NCBI RefSeq assembly: GCF_018977255.1
Contig: NW_024705101.1
Span: 1 to 64,000, forward strand
Direction: 5' to 3'
Origin: Callorhinchus milii
Lineage: Eukaryota
DNA: 64,000 bases
Below the pieces are notes generated by a model that was given only the letters and a program-made list of their open reading frames with translations, ran no database searches and was not told where the DNA came from. A program made the translations under genes and the position numbers. This document shows, in pieces, positions 61,601 to 64,000 of the stretch; position 1 is the first letter of the stretch; every line of letters starts with the position of its first letter.

Positions 61601-64000
61601 CGAAAACGCCGACACTTTGACAGTTGCCGATCCAAGACGCTCAGCCCGAACCGGGTATAAGTGTACCTGCAGCTCTACGACCAAACCGGAGGTCAAGCTC
61701 CTAGTCCCGCGGACAGTTGAAGAATTTTGCGAGTAACGCGTCGTGCCTATGAAACGGTTAACATCTCTCACAGTTCAACTGTACTAAAATGGCTGCGGGG
61801 AGGTACTACTCTGGGCTTAAGCATCAGGCAAGCACGGCATCTTCTACCGACGAGCATCCATTACAGGACATTTGACGCGCTGATAAATATATAGCGGTAA
61901 AAGAAAGTAGACAAGCCCGCCGAGTGGGGGTCGACTGCACAAGGTGAACGAAGATGGGATGTAGCTGGTTGAAGAGTCAACCAAGTCCCTCCGGCGTATC
62001 GTGGACTCTAGTACGTTGTAGCTCTAAAAATCCATTATAAATTAGTACTCCGAAACAGACGGGCTGCTTAACGTCGCGTTACGTTTGGTCGAGGGGGCCA
62101 GTCGTAGGTGATTCACTAATCCCGTCGGTTATAGATGCGTAGTGTCGATTGGACAATATTGGGGCAGAACCCTTTCTTTAGATAGTATGCTTGGGATGCG
62201 TGCTCTCTAACTGAAAATTCGGCGTCTGCTCTATAGAAGGGAGCCTTTTATTACCTACTAACCACGCTAGATGGTGACCAGGTCGGCGTTCACGGCGCGC
62301 CTGGAGGCTGGTGGACGCAAAAAGAACTAGTGGTTGGATCTCGTCCTTTATGGTGCCCCGCGTTGGCCATATAAACTTACCTGAGGAGTCAGCAGAATGG
62401 CCTGTATCGAGCGGTATATAATCGGCCGCAGGTTATATGTTGGTGTTAGCATAGGTCCACTGCTTAGGCCAAGTGCGAAAAATAATTCCGCGTTGCTCCG
62501 GAAATTTGCAGTGCACCCTCTGTTTAAGGATCTAAGCTCCTCTACGGCTAGCGTCCCGGGGTCTGTGTCCCTAACGTACTGGATCAGGTGCAGTTACTTT
62601 ACCCAGACTACTTTAAATGGGTCAAGATCATGAGAATGCCGTTATTACTCTCGCCTTTCAGGAGCTCAGTGGTAATCTGGTACGGAGTCTTAGGGTACGC
62701 TGACGGAAGGATATGCAGGCCAGGGATGCGTATTAGCTGGAGCTCATCGATAGGTTGACACCAACTGTGGGAAAAACTGCCACGCGGTGTAACCAAGGTA
62801 GCACTTACTTAAACTACAATAAGGCATTGTACTATTTGCATTCGTTAGGGATACCCAGTGGTATCGTACGGAGCTTGTACAATGGTACTATTTCGCCTAG
62901 AGAAATTAGGCAGACACGAGTAGACCTGATTGACTTTGACATATGGCTAGCCTGGGTTGCCATGAAAGAGCAATTTGTCCTGAACATTTCGTATATAATG
63001 GAGCTCATTAAAAGACACTGTATTATAGGAAAATTTGTCATACACCATCGATCTGATGAATACGTGTAGGGCGGGCAAATCCTGAGTCCGTGTATCAGAC
63101 GGTCTGATACTATCTTACGTACCTCCAACGGCCTGCTCAGGAACGATTTCAAAGGTTTTCACCCGAATTGGCATATCGCACCCGAGTTCACCGATCGGTC
63201 GCTGGACCTGAGGTCCCGCTGGCACTTTTACTCAATTCACCCTCAATTTTCGCCTGAGAAAGACCATTGGTAGAGGCTACCTTCTGGCCGCATTTGTGTT
63301 CCGCGCTTTGGTTTGGACTTGAGTTCCCTATCGTCTTATGGCTCAGTCCTGTAAGTCAAAAGGGGTGATTGCCCTATCGAGTGGTTTAAGATAAGTGAAA
63401 TCAATCTAACATGGAACTGAAATTTTGCTAGGAGCTCCGTAGTGTACTACCTTTTGCACGGTATTTAATCTGTGCATGGTCGGGGTATTCAAAAGACACG
63501 CCCCCACTGATCCGCCAGTCGCGCTGATTCCCCTTTAGATGTGCCTGGTCGGTCCCATCTGGTCTAAGAGCTACATATCTCCAACGGCATTACGAGCGAA
63601 CAAGTCAGTGCAAGGCGCGCCTGCAGCCTTTTGATACTGAACATGTAGGTAGTACTACTAATCAACCGATTTTTCAGGGATTGTGAATGCCGGCGGTTGC
63701 TGTTGAGTATCGGAGACCTTGAGAGTCTTACCCGGATACGCCTTCGAAGATCCTGTGGGATGGCAAATAGAGCTCGTCAGTCATTTGATGTTTTCAGTAT
63801 GTTTGGGAGACTTCGTTACTGTGTGCCAGCAATGCGGAATCGTCGGCACCTCGATTACGCACGAATAGTGGGCTGAGCATCAGGGTTATGCTGAGAATAG
63901 CTGTTCAAGCTTTGGCAGCAGCGCGTCCGGAAGGGGTCGACCGTAGTAGAAACTACAAAATGATGAAATTGGTAACGGAAGAGAAGGGCCGGTCGCACAC
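52677..64000. other. Featureless, random-like sequence (probable filler, shuffled or foreign DNA)
   Basis: None of the repeat families on the left occur here. No microsatellites, very few homopolymer runs, frequent CG and TA dinucleotides; the longest ORFs are 143 aa with no motif I recognise. Confidence 0.75.

Overview
The window has two very different parts. Bases 1-52646 are repeat-rich, apparently intergenic or intronic animal DNA. The repeat inventory (V-domain SINEs, Penelope-like elements with hammerhead motifs, GC-rich Gypsy, RTE, L2, Vingi, hAT and pogo MITEs) suggests a cold-blooded vertebrate, possibly a lamprey; this is inference. No host protein-coding gene is recognisable. The main coding feature is a young Ty3/Gypsy LTR retrotransposon (about 37611-44235, + strand) with gag-PR-RT-RNaseH-IN, a tRNA-Leu primer binding site, a polypurine tract, a full 3' LTR and a truncated 5' LTR. 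Two 5'-truncated Penelope-like elements (PLEs; GIY-YIG endonuclease, one with an RT fragment) lie on the minus strand. The most interesting signal is about ten hammerhead-ribozyme-like motifs (CUGANGA / stem II / GAAACGUC) from several PLE subfamilies, with covarying stem II. Several belong to tiny non-coding, internally inverted PLE-terminus insertions, three of which are bounded by clear 10-13 bp target-site duplications (TSDs). There are also at least six solo LTRs with 4-bp TSDs, nested insertions and two long perfect palindromes. After a 30-N gap (52647-52676), the last 11.3 kb has no repeats, no recognisable ORFs and random-looking composition. I treat it as probable non-biological filler or foreign sequence and annotate nothing in it.
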